The notes under the pieces: generated by a model | Told to the model about the DNA's origin: nothing | Database searches by the model: none | What the model saw: the letters and a program-made list of their open reading frames with translations, nothing else | Assembly: GCA_964373065.1 (NCBI GenBank) | Contig: CAYJSJ010000002.1 | Coordinates: forward strand, 16,903 to 80,902 | DNA: 64,000 nt | Direction of reading: 5' to 3' | Source: an uncultured Candidatus Peribacteria bacterium | GTDB lineage: Bacteria > Patescibacteriota > Gracilibacteria > Peribacterales > Peribacteraceae | Position numbers and translations under genes: made by a program | Part shown: piece after piece, positions 38,964 to 46,970 of the stretch | Numbering within the stretch: position 1 is the first letter of the stretch | How the letters are laid out: each line of letters starts with the position of its first letter

Positions 38964-40166
38964 TTAGTTAATCGTATTCAAGTGCATCTTCTTTGCACCT
39001 TTTACCGCCATCGCCGCGCCGCGCTTGAGCGCTTCTCTTCCATACCGCGCATGAAGCGTGTCCATTGCTTGTTGGATTCCCTCCGCCTCGTGCATCATGC
39101 GCGGCTCTTCAAAGAGGGAATACTGCATACAGGACTTGGGGTTTAAGGCATGGAGCCCCAGCCCTACTTGCGTGTACTTGTTTCCCGATTCAAACAGGCT
39201 TTCGAAGCAGCGCTGGATGTAGGGCAGCACCTGCTCCTCGGTATCTGCGGCAAACGGCAACGTACTTTCCTGTCGTTTCAGGGTGTATGCATGGTTACGA
39301 AGCCACACGGAAACTGCCTTGCACGCGAGTCCTTCACGCCGCATTTTTAGCATGGTGTAGGTCAAATGATGGAGGAGATGCGCGTACACCATCTCGCGAG
39401 AGCGGGTGGACGGAAAACTCCGCGTGCGTGAGATCGATTTTGGCGGAGCGCTTTCGATCGACACTGTTTCGATCATTTCTCCGAGAAGTTCACGTTGCAT
39501 CGCAAGGCCGGGACGGCCGAAGAGTTTTTGGATCTGCTCCTGCGGGGCTACTGCGATGTCCCATGCGGTCTTCCAGCCGTGTGCGGTGCTATGGAGTGCT
39601 CTCCGGCGGCCGATCCCGGGGATCGCTTCGGCGGGACGGTCACGGAGGAACGCCTCTATGGGGTTAGGGCTAGGGCTAGGGTTAGGGAGAAGGATGGTCA
39701 TGCCTGCGGGTTTTCTGTATTCGCTCGCCATCTTCGCAAGGAGCTTGCTCGGCGCGATGCCGATCGAGACCGTAAGATCGGTGGATTTCTGTACGGCTTC
39801 TTGCAGCTCTTGCATCCCGTACTTCAGATTGTCTGGGAGGACCATGCTTCGCAGATCTAAAAACCATTCGTCGACCGAGTATCGTGCGATCACCGGGCAG
39901 TGATCTTCAAGAATCTGCTCGATTTGTCTGGAAGCAAGCAGTGCTTCGTCGAAATCGGATGGGAGTGCGACCGCTTTGGGGCAGAGTTTTTTGGCTTCTG
40001 TAAGCCGCATCCCTGTCTTCACGCCATATGCTTTCGCTTCGTAGCTCGCGGCGATCACGCAGCCGCCGCCCATCCCCAGCGCGAGGAGCGGTTTCCCTTT
40101 CAGATCGGGCCGTTTTCTCTGGAGTGCGGAAGCGAAAAACGCATCAGCGTCGATGTGAGCAATCAT
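38964..40166 (-). CDS. dinB: Y-family DNA polymerase (DinB/UmuC-like)
   Basis: 400-aa ORF. IAHIDADAFFASA and CPKAVALPSDFD, with palm, fingers and little-finger layout. Directly downstream of lexA. Confidence 0.88.
   Translation of the reverse strand: MIAHIDADAFFASALQRKRPDLKGKPLLALGMGGGCVIAASYEAKAYGVKTGMRLTEAKKLCPKAVALPSDFDEALLASRQIEQILEDHCPVIARYSVDEWFLDLRSMVLPDNLKYGMQELQEAVQKSTDLTVSIGIAPSKLLAKMASEYRKPAGMTILLPNPSPSPNPIEAFLRDRPAEAIPGIGRRRALHSTAHGWKTAWDIAVAPQEQIQKLFGRPGLAMQRELLGEMIETVSIESAPPKSISRTRSFPSTRSREMVYAHLLHHLTYTMLKMRREGLACKAVSVWLRNHAYTLKRQESTLPFAADTEEQVLPYIQRCFESLFESGNKYTQVGLGLHALNPKSCMQYSLFEEPRMMHEAEGIQQAMDTLHARYGREALKRGAAMAVKGAKKMHLNTIN
39660..39687 (+). repeat. TTAGGG/CTAGGG hexamer tract inside dinB
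   Basis: ggggttagggctagggctagggttaggg. Read on the minus strand it encodes PNPSPSPNP. Confidence 0.9.
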
Positions 40167-40181
40167 GCGAGGGTTAGCCCC

Positions 40182-40793
40182 TTAATACTTGCGTATCACC
40201 CCGCCCACAACGCCTGCAACTTGCAACTCGTCCATGGCAAACATATCCGGATAAGCGGGGTTTTCCGCTTGCAGGTAGTACTTCCCTTTATCGCGGCGCA
40301 GTCTCTTGAGGGTAAATTCGCCATCCAATACGCCGACGACGATATTGCCGGGCTTCGGTGTCTTCTTGCGATGTACGACGACGATATCCCCTTCAAAAAT
40401 TCCCGCTTCGATCATGCTGTCTCCTTTCACTCGAAGCAGAAACGTGGAGGAGCGGTCGGAAATGAGGTAGGAATCGAGTGTGATCATTTCTTCCGCTTGC
40501 TCTTCTACGGGGGCAGCAAAACCCGCGGAGATAGGCCCAAACAGCGGCAGCATCATCGGCCGAATACCCGAGTCACTTTCGCGGTCGCTGATCTCCAGTA
40601 TTTTGATGCGCCCCTTCGGATCTTTTTCGAGGTGTCCTTCCCGTGTGAGAACATTCACCACTTTGGCCACGGCGTTTTTGCTGCGTACACCGAATGCAAG
40701 TGCGAGGTCGGCAAGCGACGGGGAATAGCCACGCTTGCGTTGAAATTCTCCGATGTAATTGAGCACGGTGCGCTGATGAGGAGTAAGGGACAT
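40182..40793 (-). CDS. lexA: LexA repressor (wHTH plus S24 peptidase)
   Basis: ATG at 40793. LTPHQRTVLNYIGEFQRKRGYSPSLADLA (wHTH), cleavage-site-like SAGFAAP, catalytic GDSM and GEFTLKRL. Confidence 0.9.
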   Translation of the reverse strand: MSLTPHQRTVLNYIGEFQRKRGYSPSLADLALAFGVRSKNAVAKVVNVLTREGHLEKDPKGRIKILEISDRESDSGIRPMMLPLFGPISAGFAAPVEEQAEEMITLDSYLISDRSSTFLLRVKGDSMIEAGIFEGDIVVVHRKKTPKPGNIVVGVLDGEFTLKRLRRDKGKYYLQAENPAYPDMFAMDELQVAGVVGGVIRKY

Positions 40794-40850
40794 GGGGGAA
40801 TGGGGGATGGAATACTGGGGAATAGAGAGCCGAGAAGACGAACGTCCACC

Positions 40851-40879
40851 ATCGTAGGTGTACATATGTGCACTGTCAA
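40851..40879 (-). promoter_or_regulatory. lexA promoter with a palindromic candidate operator in the spacer
   Basis: On the minus strand: TTGACA (40879-40874), the 17-nt spacer GTGCACATATGTACACC, then TACGAT (40856-40851). The spacer is an imperfect 16-bp palindrome and shares an exact 13-mer with 30501-30513. Confidence 0.6.
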
Positions 40880-40931
40880 CGGGTTCCCATTGAAAATAGA
40901 TCGATTTTATGTCGGAGTTGTTTTTTAGTTT

Positions 40932-41879
40932 TTATGCGTCGGATGTTTTTTCCACATTCTTTGCCGCTTCCTCCGTAAGTATATCCAAGTCTTTCAGGCA
41001 ACTGAGTTCCAGGTATGTAATGGTCCACACTGTTTGTTTGAAGACGGTGATGTACGCGAAGAAGTAGCTCGCCACCCCCACGAGGAGTACGCCGATCACC
41101 GTGCCGATGCCATAGCTGAGTGCAGGAGAAAGAAACTCTGCCAGCAGCAATCCGATACCGACGACGATGCCCGGAATAAGCAGAAGCATGACGACGTTGA
41201 TGAGGATGCGCAGGCTGATGACGAAGAGGAGGATGAAGAGGAAGACGACATGCCCCAAGTGACTGATGATGAGCTTGATGCTTTTGCCGATTGCGACGAA
41301 GGGACCGAGCTTATGGATGACGATGGCTTCCTCCGCGAAGGCAGAAATAAATTTGAGCAGATTGCTAAAAAACCACAGAAAGAGCAGCAGCCCGAGGGGC
41401 AAGAGCAGGAAATCGCCGGTCGGCCCGTAACGGATCATGAGGGAGGCAATGGTGATGACCGTGGAAATGCCGGCAAGCACAAAGAGCTCATGCACCACAA
41501 AGATCGGTAAGAAATTGTAGAGGGCGAGGACCAGTCCGCCTTTCACCTCCTGTTTCATGTGCGATTTTGCCGCAAGGCCGATCACTGCCCCTTGTGCGAA
41601 ATGTGGGAACACGAGCTCAATTGCGATCATGGTAAAAATAGTGATGATGAGCGTCCACGCAGCGCCATTCGGCATGAATGTTAGAAACAACTCTTCCATG
41701 GCAAAAAAGCTGATGGTTTCCCCCTTGATAGCGTAGAGGTAGAAGAACCATGATTGATAGATGAGGAGCTTCACATTCAGAAGTGTCTGCAGCAACGCGG
41801 AGACAAAGCCCCAGTAACGCATCTGCTTTTCGCGCTTGGTCATAGCCCAGGCTTTAGCGATGATTTCGCGGGGAGACAT
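40932..41879 (-). CDS. Polytopic membrane protein, hypothetical
   Basis: 315-aa ORF with about 6-7 hydrophobic segments. No family recognised. Confidence 0.6.
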   Translation of the reverse strand: MSPREIIAKAWAMTKREKQMRYWGFVSALLQTLLNVKLLIYQSWFFYLYAIKGETISFFAMEELFLTFMPNGAAWTLIITIFTMIAIELVFPHFAQGAVIGLAAKSHMKQEVKGGLVLALYNFLPIFVVHELFVLAGISTVITIASLMIRYGPTGDFLLLPLGLLLFLWFFSNLLKFISAFAEEAIVIHKLGPFVAIGKSIKLIISHLGHVVFLFILLFVISLRILINVVMLLLIPGIVVGIGLLLAEFLSPALSYGIGTVIGVLLVGVASYFFAYITVFKQTVWTITYLELSCLKDLDILTEEAAKNVEKTSDA

Positions 41880-41885
41880 ATGCGA

Positions 41886-41945
41886 GGGATTAGGGGATGG
41901 GGATTAGAATTTAGGGATTAGAATTTAGAATTTAGGATTAAGGGG
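41886..41945. repeat. ttagggat/ttagaat word-family tract (7-nt period)
   Basis: gggattaggggatggggattagaatttagggattagaatttagaatttaggattaagggg. It overlaps the last 6 codons and the stop of the LCP gene. Confidence 0.85.
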
Positions 41946-43478
41946 TATCGGTTCTCTCTTCTGTACAAGATCTTGCAGGGGGGCGTAGCGGAAGTCGCGT
42001 CCGAGAAGAATGGTAACACGACGCTGCTGCGTTGCCGGCAGATCACTGGGGGCAGGAAGCAACGGAAGATCGAAGAGAGTTCCGAAGAAGATCGCGATGG
42101 AATCTGGTTCAGGAACTTGCAGAATCATCGATGTCGGAAGCTTCTCGGTCTTGGCATTCTCGATGATCGGGACGTCAAACCCGTATCGGATCAGTTCCGT
42201 TGCAAGTTTTCGTGCAATGCCGGGGGGTGCTCCGGCATTCAGCACGGAAATAGTCGGAGACTCCGCATAGATTTCCCGTTTGTTGAAGAAGAGTTCTGCA
42301 AGGGTATGGATCTGTTTCCACGTAACGGGGAACTCCGGGAGAGAGATCGGGAGGAACACCGCTGCACCATCGAAGAGATCACGGGGCGGTGTGTAGAGGA
42401 AGCCACCCGGTTCTATGAATCCGTCGTAAAGGGCATTGCGGTCACTCAGTTGCATCGTCATCACACGGTCTTTGTCGAGTTTTTCTATAAGTGCCGCAGC
42501 GCCGATCATTTCTCGGAGCGTCATGGTTGTTTCCACATTCTCGCGCATGATGCTGACAAATGACGTTATGGCTCCGGCATCGGTCAGGATGCCCTGCGCT
42601 TTCGCTTTCGCTGCCATGGCGCGGAGAAGTTGTTGCTGACGGGCGGAACGTCCAAAGTCGCTTGAGGAATGGCGGCTCCGTGCATATTTGAGTGCAGTTG
42701 CTCCATCGAGGTGTCGCATCCCCTGCTTGAGCATGAAGGGGTCAAATCCGTAGTTTTCGTCGGGGTATTCCCTGTCTTCAATGTCCATGGGGACATCGAT
42801 GTCTACACCCCCGATGGTGTCGACAGCGCGGACAAACGCCGTGAAGTCTACTTTGACGCTGTGGTGGATCTCCAGGCCGAGCGACCGACCGATTTCGCGT
42901 GCAAGCTCTCGTAACGTTTCCTTCCCTGCCTCTGGGGGGTCCATGCCTTTCTTGTAGATCAGGAAGCTCCGGTAATCGCGATACAGGGTATTGAGTTTCC
43001 CTTTCCCCATCTTTTCGGTGCTGAGGAGGTAGAGATCACGTGGAAGGGAGAGGAGAACGGAGCTCTTTACGCCTGTGGGGTCGACACTTGCAATCATGAT
43101 GGTGTCTGTAAGGTTCTTTCCATCATGTCCGGCGTCACCCTGCCCGAGCAGAAGCACGTTTGTGAACCCGCTTGTATCCTTCGGGAGCTCGGTGCCCGCA
43201 ACGCGCAAGACGGAGGAAATACCGAGGCCGCGTACGGACAATATGGCCTTGCCGATGCCTGCGAGCAGCAGGAAGGTTATAAACAGCGAAACGACTACGA
43301 GCAGCAGACGCTTGAGGATGCTTCTTCGTCGGGAATTTCTCTTCTCCGCATCGTGTTGCTTTTTCCATCCCCGGTAGATGCCGAGGATCGGTTGGGAGAT
43401 CGTGAGTGCGGCGATGAGGTACCCTCTCCACGAACCTCTGCGCGGTTTTTCACGAATTTTTCGTACAGTGAACGACAT
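41925..43478 (-). CDS. LytR-CpsA-Psr (LCP) family cell-envelope transferase with a LytR_C-like tail
   Basis: 517-aa ORF. N-terminal TM, NVLLLGQGD..NLTDTIMIASVDP, SLPRDLY, RHSSSDFGRSARQQ. Confidence 0.88.
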   Translation of the reverse strand: MSFTVRKIREKPRRGSWRGYLIAALTISQPILGIYRGWKKQHDAEKRNSRRRSILKRLLLVVVSLFITFLLLAGIGKAILSVRGLGISSVLRVAGTELPKDTSGFTNVLLLGQGDAGHDGKNLTDTIMIASVDPTGVKSSVLLSLPRDLYLLSTEKMGKGKLNTLYRDYRSFLIYKKGMDPPEAGKETLRELAREIGRSLGLEIHHSVKVDFTAFVRAVDTIGGVDIDVPMDIEDREYPDENYGFDPFMLKQGMRHLDGATALKYARSRHSSSDFGRSARQQQLLRAMAAKAKAQGILTDAGAITSFVSIMRENVETTMTLREMIGAAALIEKLDKDRVMTMQLSDRNALYDGFIEPGGFLYTPPRDLFDGAAVFLPISLPEFPVTWKQIHTLAELFFNKREIYAESPTISVLNAGAPPGIARKLATELIRYGFDVPIIENAKTEKLPTSMILQVPEPDSIAIFFGTLFDLPLLPAPSDLPATQQRRVTILLGRDFRYAPLQDLVQKREPIPLNPKF

Positions 43479-43629
43479 GGAGATAGAAAGAAATATGCTC
43501 TGCGGCGATCAAAATATCACAGCATCGGAACCAGCCTATCGAAAAGGCGGAACGTCTCATAGTGTATTTCCGTACATCCCTATGGTGTACGAGTGTTTTT
43601 GCTTAGCGATGGCAGCCGAAGCTTTTGTG

Positions 43630-44265
43630 TTATGGAGTGAAGAATATATATATGAGGTACAGGATTCCGAGAATAATTGGCTGATGGATCATGTAGATGA
43701 TGAGGGAGTGACGACCGGGGAACGTTATCAGTGATTGGTTGATGGTGATTGGCAGTCGGAAATTGTTGCGGACATAGAGATAGTGTCCGACCCCGTACCC
43801 GATCAGCATGAGGCCGATCCAGGGAATTGGCGGATAGAAATCGAGAGTGGGGCGCAGGGGAGAGAGGGCGGGGGCCAGGGCGAGGGCAAGGCCAATGAGA
43901 ATGGTGAATTCTTTCAGTCTCTTGAGTGGAATCAATACAAGCATTCCGAGCCCGATGCAGTGGAGGATTCCGAAGTAAATAAAAGTCTTCGGATCATAGA
44001 TATACGTGACCATCGAAATGAGTGCTGCACAGGAGAGGACGATCCCTGCTCGTCTCAGTGGTTGTGCCGTAAAATTTGTTGCGATGCCGGCTACAATCAG
44101 AAACAGTGAAGCTGTCAGTATGCGAAAAGACTGCCAGACGGACCCGAAGAGATCTATTGGGAAGCCATAAAAATAGTAGAGATCAAATGCTATGTGAAAG
44201 ACGATCATCATGATGATCGCGATCGTGCGCAGGAGGTCTATTTCGATGATGCGTTTCTTGGCCAC
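43630..44265 (-). CDS. DUF1624-type membrane acyltransferase (heparan N-acetyltransferase-like)
   Basis: RIIEIDLLRTIAIIMMIVFHIAFDL is the family N-terminal signature. A GTG start at 44265 is proposed because the upstream part of the track ORF overlaps a better membrane-protein ORF in another frame. Confidence 0.65.
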   Translation of the reverse strand: MAKKRIIEIDLLRTIAIIMMIVFHIAFDLYYFYGFPIDLFGSVWQSFRILTASLFLIVAGIATNFTAQPLRRAGIVLSCAALISMVTYIYDPKTFIYFGILHCIGLGMLVLIPLKRLKEFTILIGLALALAPALSPLRPTLDFYPPIPWIGLMLIGYGVGHYLYVRNNFRLPITINQSLITFPGRHSLIIYMIHQPIILGILYLIYIFFTP

Positions 44266-44678
44266 AGCATGAGTGTACTGACTATCAAGAGAAAGAGCAC
44301 AATCACTCTGAGCAGCGGAAGGTACGGAACAAGCGGGAGCAGACTGAGGCTCATGCCAAACAGTGAAACGGGAATAAGCAAACACACCGGACAGAGCAGC
44401 GTGATCACCCCAAGGCCACCCGCAATCGTAGAGGCGCGCCTCGCTCCGATGGGACATGACCCTTCTTTGATGCGAAAAAAAATGAGCCCTGTATTGAAGG
44501 AAAGCAGAACGATGATTGCAGTAGTGAAGAGTATTTCTTCTTGCGTCGGTTCCGGGCGCGGGAGGCGTGGGAGGAGATCGCCAATGAGCCCGAGTTCCCA
44601 ACTAAAAAATATGCCGAGCAAAGCGGCACAGATGCAGAACGACAACCAGAAGATCGAACTCCGGAGAAGGGGCAGCAT
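44238..44678 (-). CDS. Small polytopic membrane protein with intramembrane Cys motifs
   Basis: 146-aa ORF, about 4 TM segments, with motifs GSCPIG and LLCPVCLL. No family recognised. Confidence 0.6.
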   Translation of the reverse strand: MLPLLRSSIFWLSFCICAALLGIFFSWELGLIGDLLPRLPRPEPTQEEILFTTAIIVLLSFNTGLIFFRIKEGSCPIGARRASTIAGGLGVITLLCPVCLLIPVSLFGMSLSLLPLVPYLPLLRVIVLFLLIVSTLMLWPRNASSK

Positions 44679-44681
44679 ATG

Positions 44682-44906
44682 CTACGAGTTTGCACCCTTC
44701 CTGCAGCCGGGACAAGGCAGGCAGGTAAGCTTGTTACACCCTTCCTTCTCGCAGGTTCCGCTTTGGCAAATTTCCAGAGCAGGGCAGAAAGAAGACTGCG
44801 CCAGAACGATGCTTTCGTTTCGGTGTATATACGAATAATATCCGATCGACATACAAGCGATCGCGAGTGTCACGGTAAGCCACGGGGACTGTAGCATCTT
44901 GTGCAT
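44682..44906 (-). CDS. Small membrane-anchored cysteine-rich protein
   Basis: MHKMLQSPWLTVTLAIACMSIGYY (TM), then FCPALEICQSGTCEKEGCNKLTCLPCPGC (8 Cys in 29 aa). Alternative start at 44966. Confidence 0.5.
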   Translation of the reverse strand: MHKMLQSPWLTVTLAIACMSIGYYSYIHRNESIVLAQSSFCPALEICQSGTCEKEGCNKLTCLPCPGCRKGANS

Positions 44907-44999
44907 CAGTGCTATTATACCATAGATATTGCCTTTTTCGAAGCTGTTTTCTCCGAAAGGAGCCACAGCAGATGCCGCAGCCCCCCTTCGACAAAACGT

Positions 45000-45419
45000 T
45001 TATTTGAGTGCCACTTTCGCGCCTGCCGCCTCGAGTTTTTTCTTGGCTTCCTCGGCTTCTGCCTTGGGTACATTTTCCTTGATAACTTTGGGCGCGCCGT
45101 CGACGGTTGCCTTTGCTTCACCGAGGCCGAGTCCCGTGATTTCGCGCACTGCCTTGATGACGGCGATCTTCTGATCTCCGCCGCTTATGAGCTCGATGCT
45201 ATAGGAGCTTTTCTCTTCGGCACCGGCGTCGCCGGCAGCCGCACCCGCGGACATCACGACGGGGGCAGCCGTGGAGATGCCGTATTCCTGCTCCATAAAT
45301 TTCACGACATTATTCAATTGCACGACATTGAGTTTCTCGACTGCACTGATTACCGCTTGCTCCTCTTTGCTGAGCTTCGGTGCCGCTTTGGTGTCTTGTA
45401 CTGCTGCTGGATCTGACAT
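45000..45419 (-). CDS. rplL: 50S ribosomal protein L7/L12
   Basis: 139-aa ORF. The Ala-rich hinge and C-terminal domain [27 protein letters not shown] are typical of L7/L12. Confidence 0.95.
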   Translation of the reverse strand: MSDPAAVQDTKAAPKLSKEEQAVISAVEKLNVVQLNNVVKFMEQEYGISTAAPVVMSAGAAAGDAGAEEKSSYSIELISGGDQKIAVIKAVREITGLGLGEAKATVDGAPKVIKENVPKAEAEEAKKKLEAAGAKVALK

Positions 45420-45436
45420 GGGAATTGGGGGGAATG

Positions 45437-45477
45437 GAAGATTGAAGATTGAAGATTGAAAATTAAAGATTGAAGAG
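45437..45477. repeat. gaagatt heptamer tract in the rplJ-rplL spacer
   Basis: gaagatt gaagatt gaagatt gaaaatt aaagatt gaagag. Confidence 0.9.
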
Positions 45478-45509
45478 TGCGGAAGGTTTCGAGTATAGCG
45501 AGGGAAACA

Positions 45510-46100
45510 TTAGGATTGTGGAGGGGGGATAGACAAGGATGACGAGGTGTTCGGGGGTGCAGGAGAAGAATCAGAAGAAGTCTCCTTCGCATCTTTTTTG
45601 TCCTTTACACTCTCTCTTTTCCCTGCGACTTCTTTGAGTCCCCGAGCAAATCCCGAGAGCGGAGCGTTGAGCATGCAGGCAAAGATGGTGAGGAGTTCCA
45701 GTCGTCCCGGAATCTTTGCGATGGCGATCGCCTCCTCTTTGGTGATGGACTTTCCTTCAAAGACTCCGCCGATCAATGCGACTTGGTCCCGTTCTTTACC
45801 GAACTTGAAGGCAATCTGTGCGCCGGAGAGGGGATCTTCGAAACTGAAAATGCAGGCAACGGGGCCATCCAGAGTTTCAAAATCGACTGCAGGGTACCCT
45901 GCCTCTTTGAAGGCAATTTCCATCAGCGTCTTTTTGGCAACTTTCATCTCTGCTTTTCCCTGCTTGAGCTTTTTCCGGAGGGAAGACACATCGCCCACCG
46001 TGAGTCCGATAAAGTGGCTGAACATTACGGACGTGGCGCCTTTGAGCTTTTCTGTGAGCTCTGTGACTTGTGCCGTTTTCTGGACTTTGGTGAGTGCCAT
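45510..46100 (-). CDS. rplJ: 50S ribosomal protein L10 with a low-complexity C-terminal extension
   Basis: 196-aa ORF with an L10 fold pattern (SVMFSHFIGLTVGDVSSLRKKL). It has a Ser/Pro-rich tail of about 25 aa beyond the usual end. Confidence 0.9.
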   Translation of the reverse strand: MALTKVQKTAQVTELTEKLKGATSVMFSHFIGLTVGDVSSLRKKLKQGKAEMKVAKKTLMEIAFKEAGYPAVDFETLDGPVACIFSFEDPLSGAQIAFKFGKERDQVALIGGVFEGKSITKEEAIAIAKIPGRLELLTIFACMLNAPLSGFARGLKEVAGKRESVKDKKDAKETSSDSSPAPPNTSSSLSIPPPQS

Positions 46101-46414
46101 GCAGGAGGATTAGGGTAGAGAATCGGAAGACCGTGGAGAGAGGCAGACCACACTCAATTCGCCGGTCTCCGACCGGGAGACCAGCGAGGTACACGACACG
46201 ACTCAGCAAGCCGGGGGCCGACTGAACGATGCTGTATACCTCGGAGGGTCTTATTTGGGGCCATCAGCCTTGCGCCCTCGGTCTTCGGTCGATGTGGGAT
46301 TTTAGTGGAAAAATTGATATGGTCAAGCATTATGCTCTGGATTTTGCAATGCAATATGTTGTGGCTACCACACTCGGTTGCCTCCCTATGAGGGCATCCG
46401 TATCCTTTAGCTCC

Positions 46415-46858
46415 ATGAAAGTATTACTCCAGCGCGTCACCGAGGCTTCTGTAACGGTCGACTCTACGATGATCGGCACTATCGGCAGGGGCTATCTTCT
46501 CTTTCTCTGCGTTCTGAAAGGGGATACCTCCGCGCAGGCAGCTCTTCTTGCGGAGAAGATCGTGAAGCTCCGGCTCTTTCCCGATGAGCAGGGCAAGATC
46601 AACGATCGTTCCATCCTTGATGTCGGCGGCGATATTCTCGTCGTTTCGCAGTTCACGCTCGCCGGACGTGCGGAGAAGGGGAATCGTCCCGATTATACAC
46701 ATGCTGCTCCCCCAGAGGAGGCGAAGGTGCTCTATGCATACTTCATCGGCAAGCTTCGGGAACTTGGAGTCACGAGGGTGGTATCCGGAGCATTCGGAGC
46801 TGTGATGGATGTGAAGCTTTGCAACCACGGGCCTGTGACATTATGGTTGGAGCGATAA
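46415..46858 (+). CDS. dtd: D-aminoacyl-tRNA deacylase
   Basis: ATG at 46415. MKVLLQRV, SQFTLAG and NHGPVTLWLE motifs. Confidence 0.92.
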   Translation: MKVLLQRVTEASVTVDSTMIGTIGRGYLLFLCVLKGDTSAQAALLAEKIVKLRLFPDEQGKINDRSILDVGGDILVVSQFTLAGRAEKGNRPDYTHAAPPEEAKVLYAYFIGKLRELGVTRVVSGAFGAVMDVKLCNHGPVTLWLER

Positions 46859-46863
46859 AAATA

Positions 46864-46910
46864 GGTTTGGAAGGTTTGGAAGGTTAGAAAAGTTTGGAAG
46901 GTTTGGAAGG
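46864..46910. repeat. ggtttggaa nonamer tract (9-nt period, about 5 units)
   Basis: ggtttggaaggtttggaaggttagaaaagtttggaaggtttggaagg lies directly after the dtd stop. It is the reverse-complement family of 34173-34225. Confidence 0.9.
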
Positions 46911-46970
46911 CCAAAAATGTATGCAATGCATCTGGATGGAGCGTGGAAAAACTATTAGAATTCCATTGTT

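Noticed and set aside
39900-40928. 342-aa plus-strand ORF across dinB and lexA
   Set aside because: It is antisense to two well-supported genes and spans their intergenic gap. No motifs are present.
46101-46414. L10-leader or another ncRNA in the 314-nt rplJ-dtd divergent region
   Set aside because: A hairpin (ggtctcc-cggtc-ggagacc) is visible, but nothing could be matched by eye to a known family. It is left unannotated.
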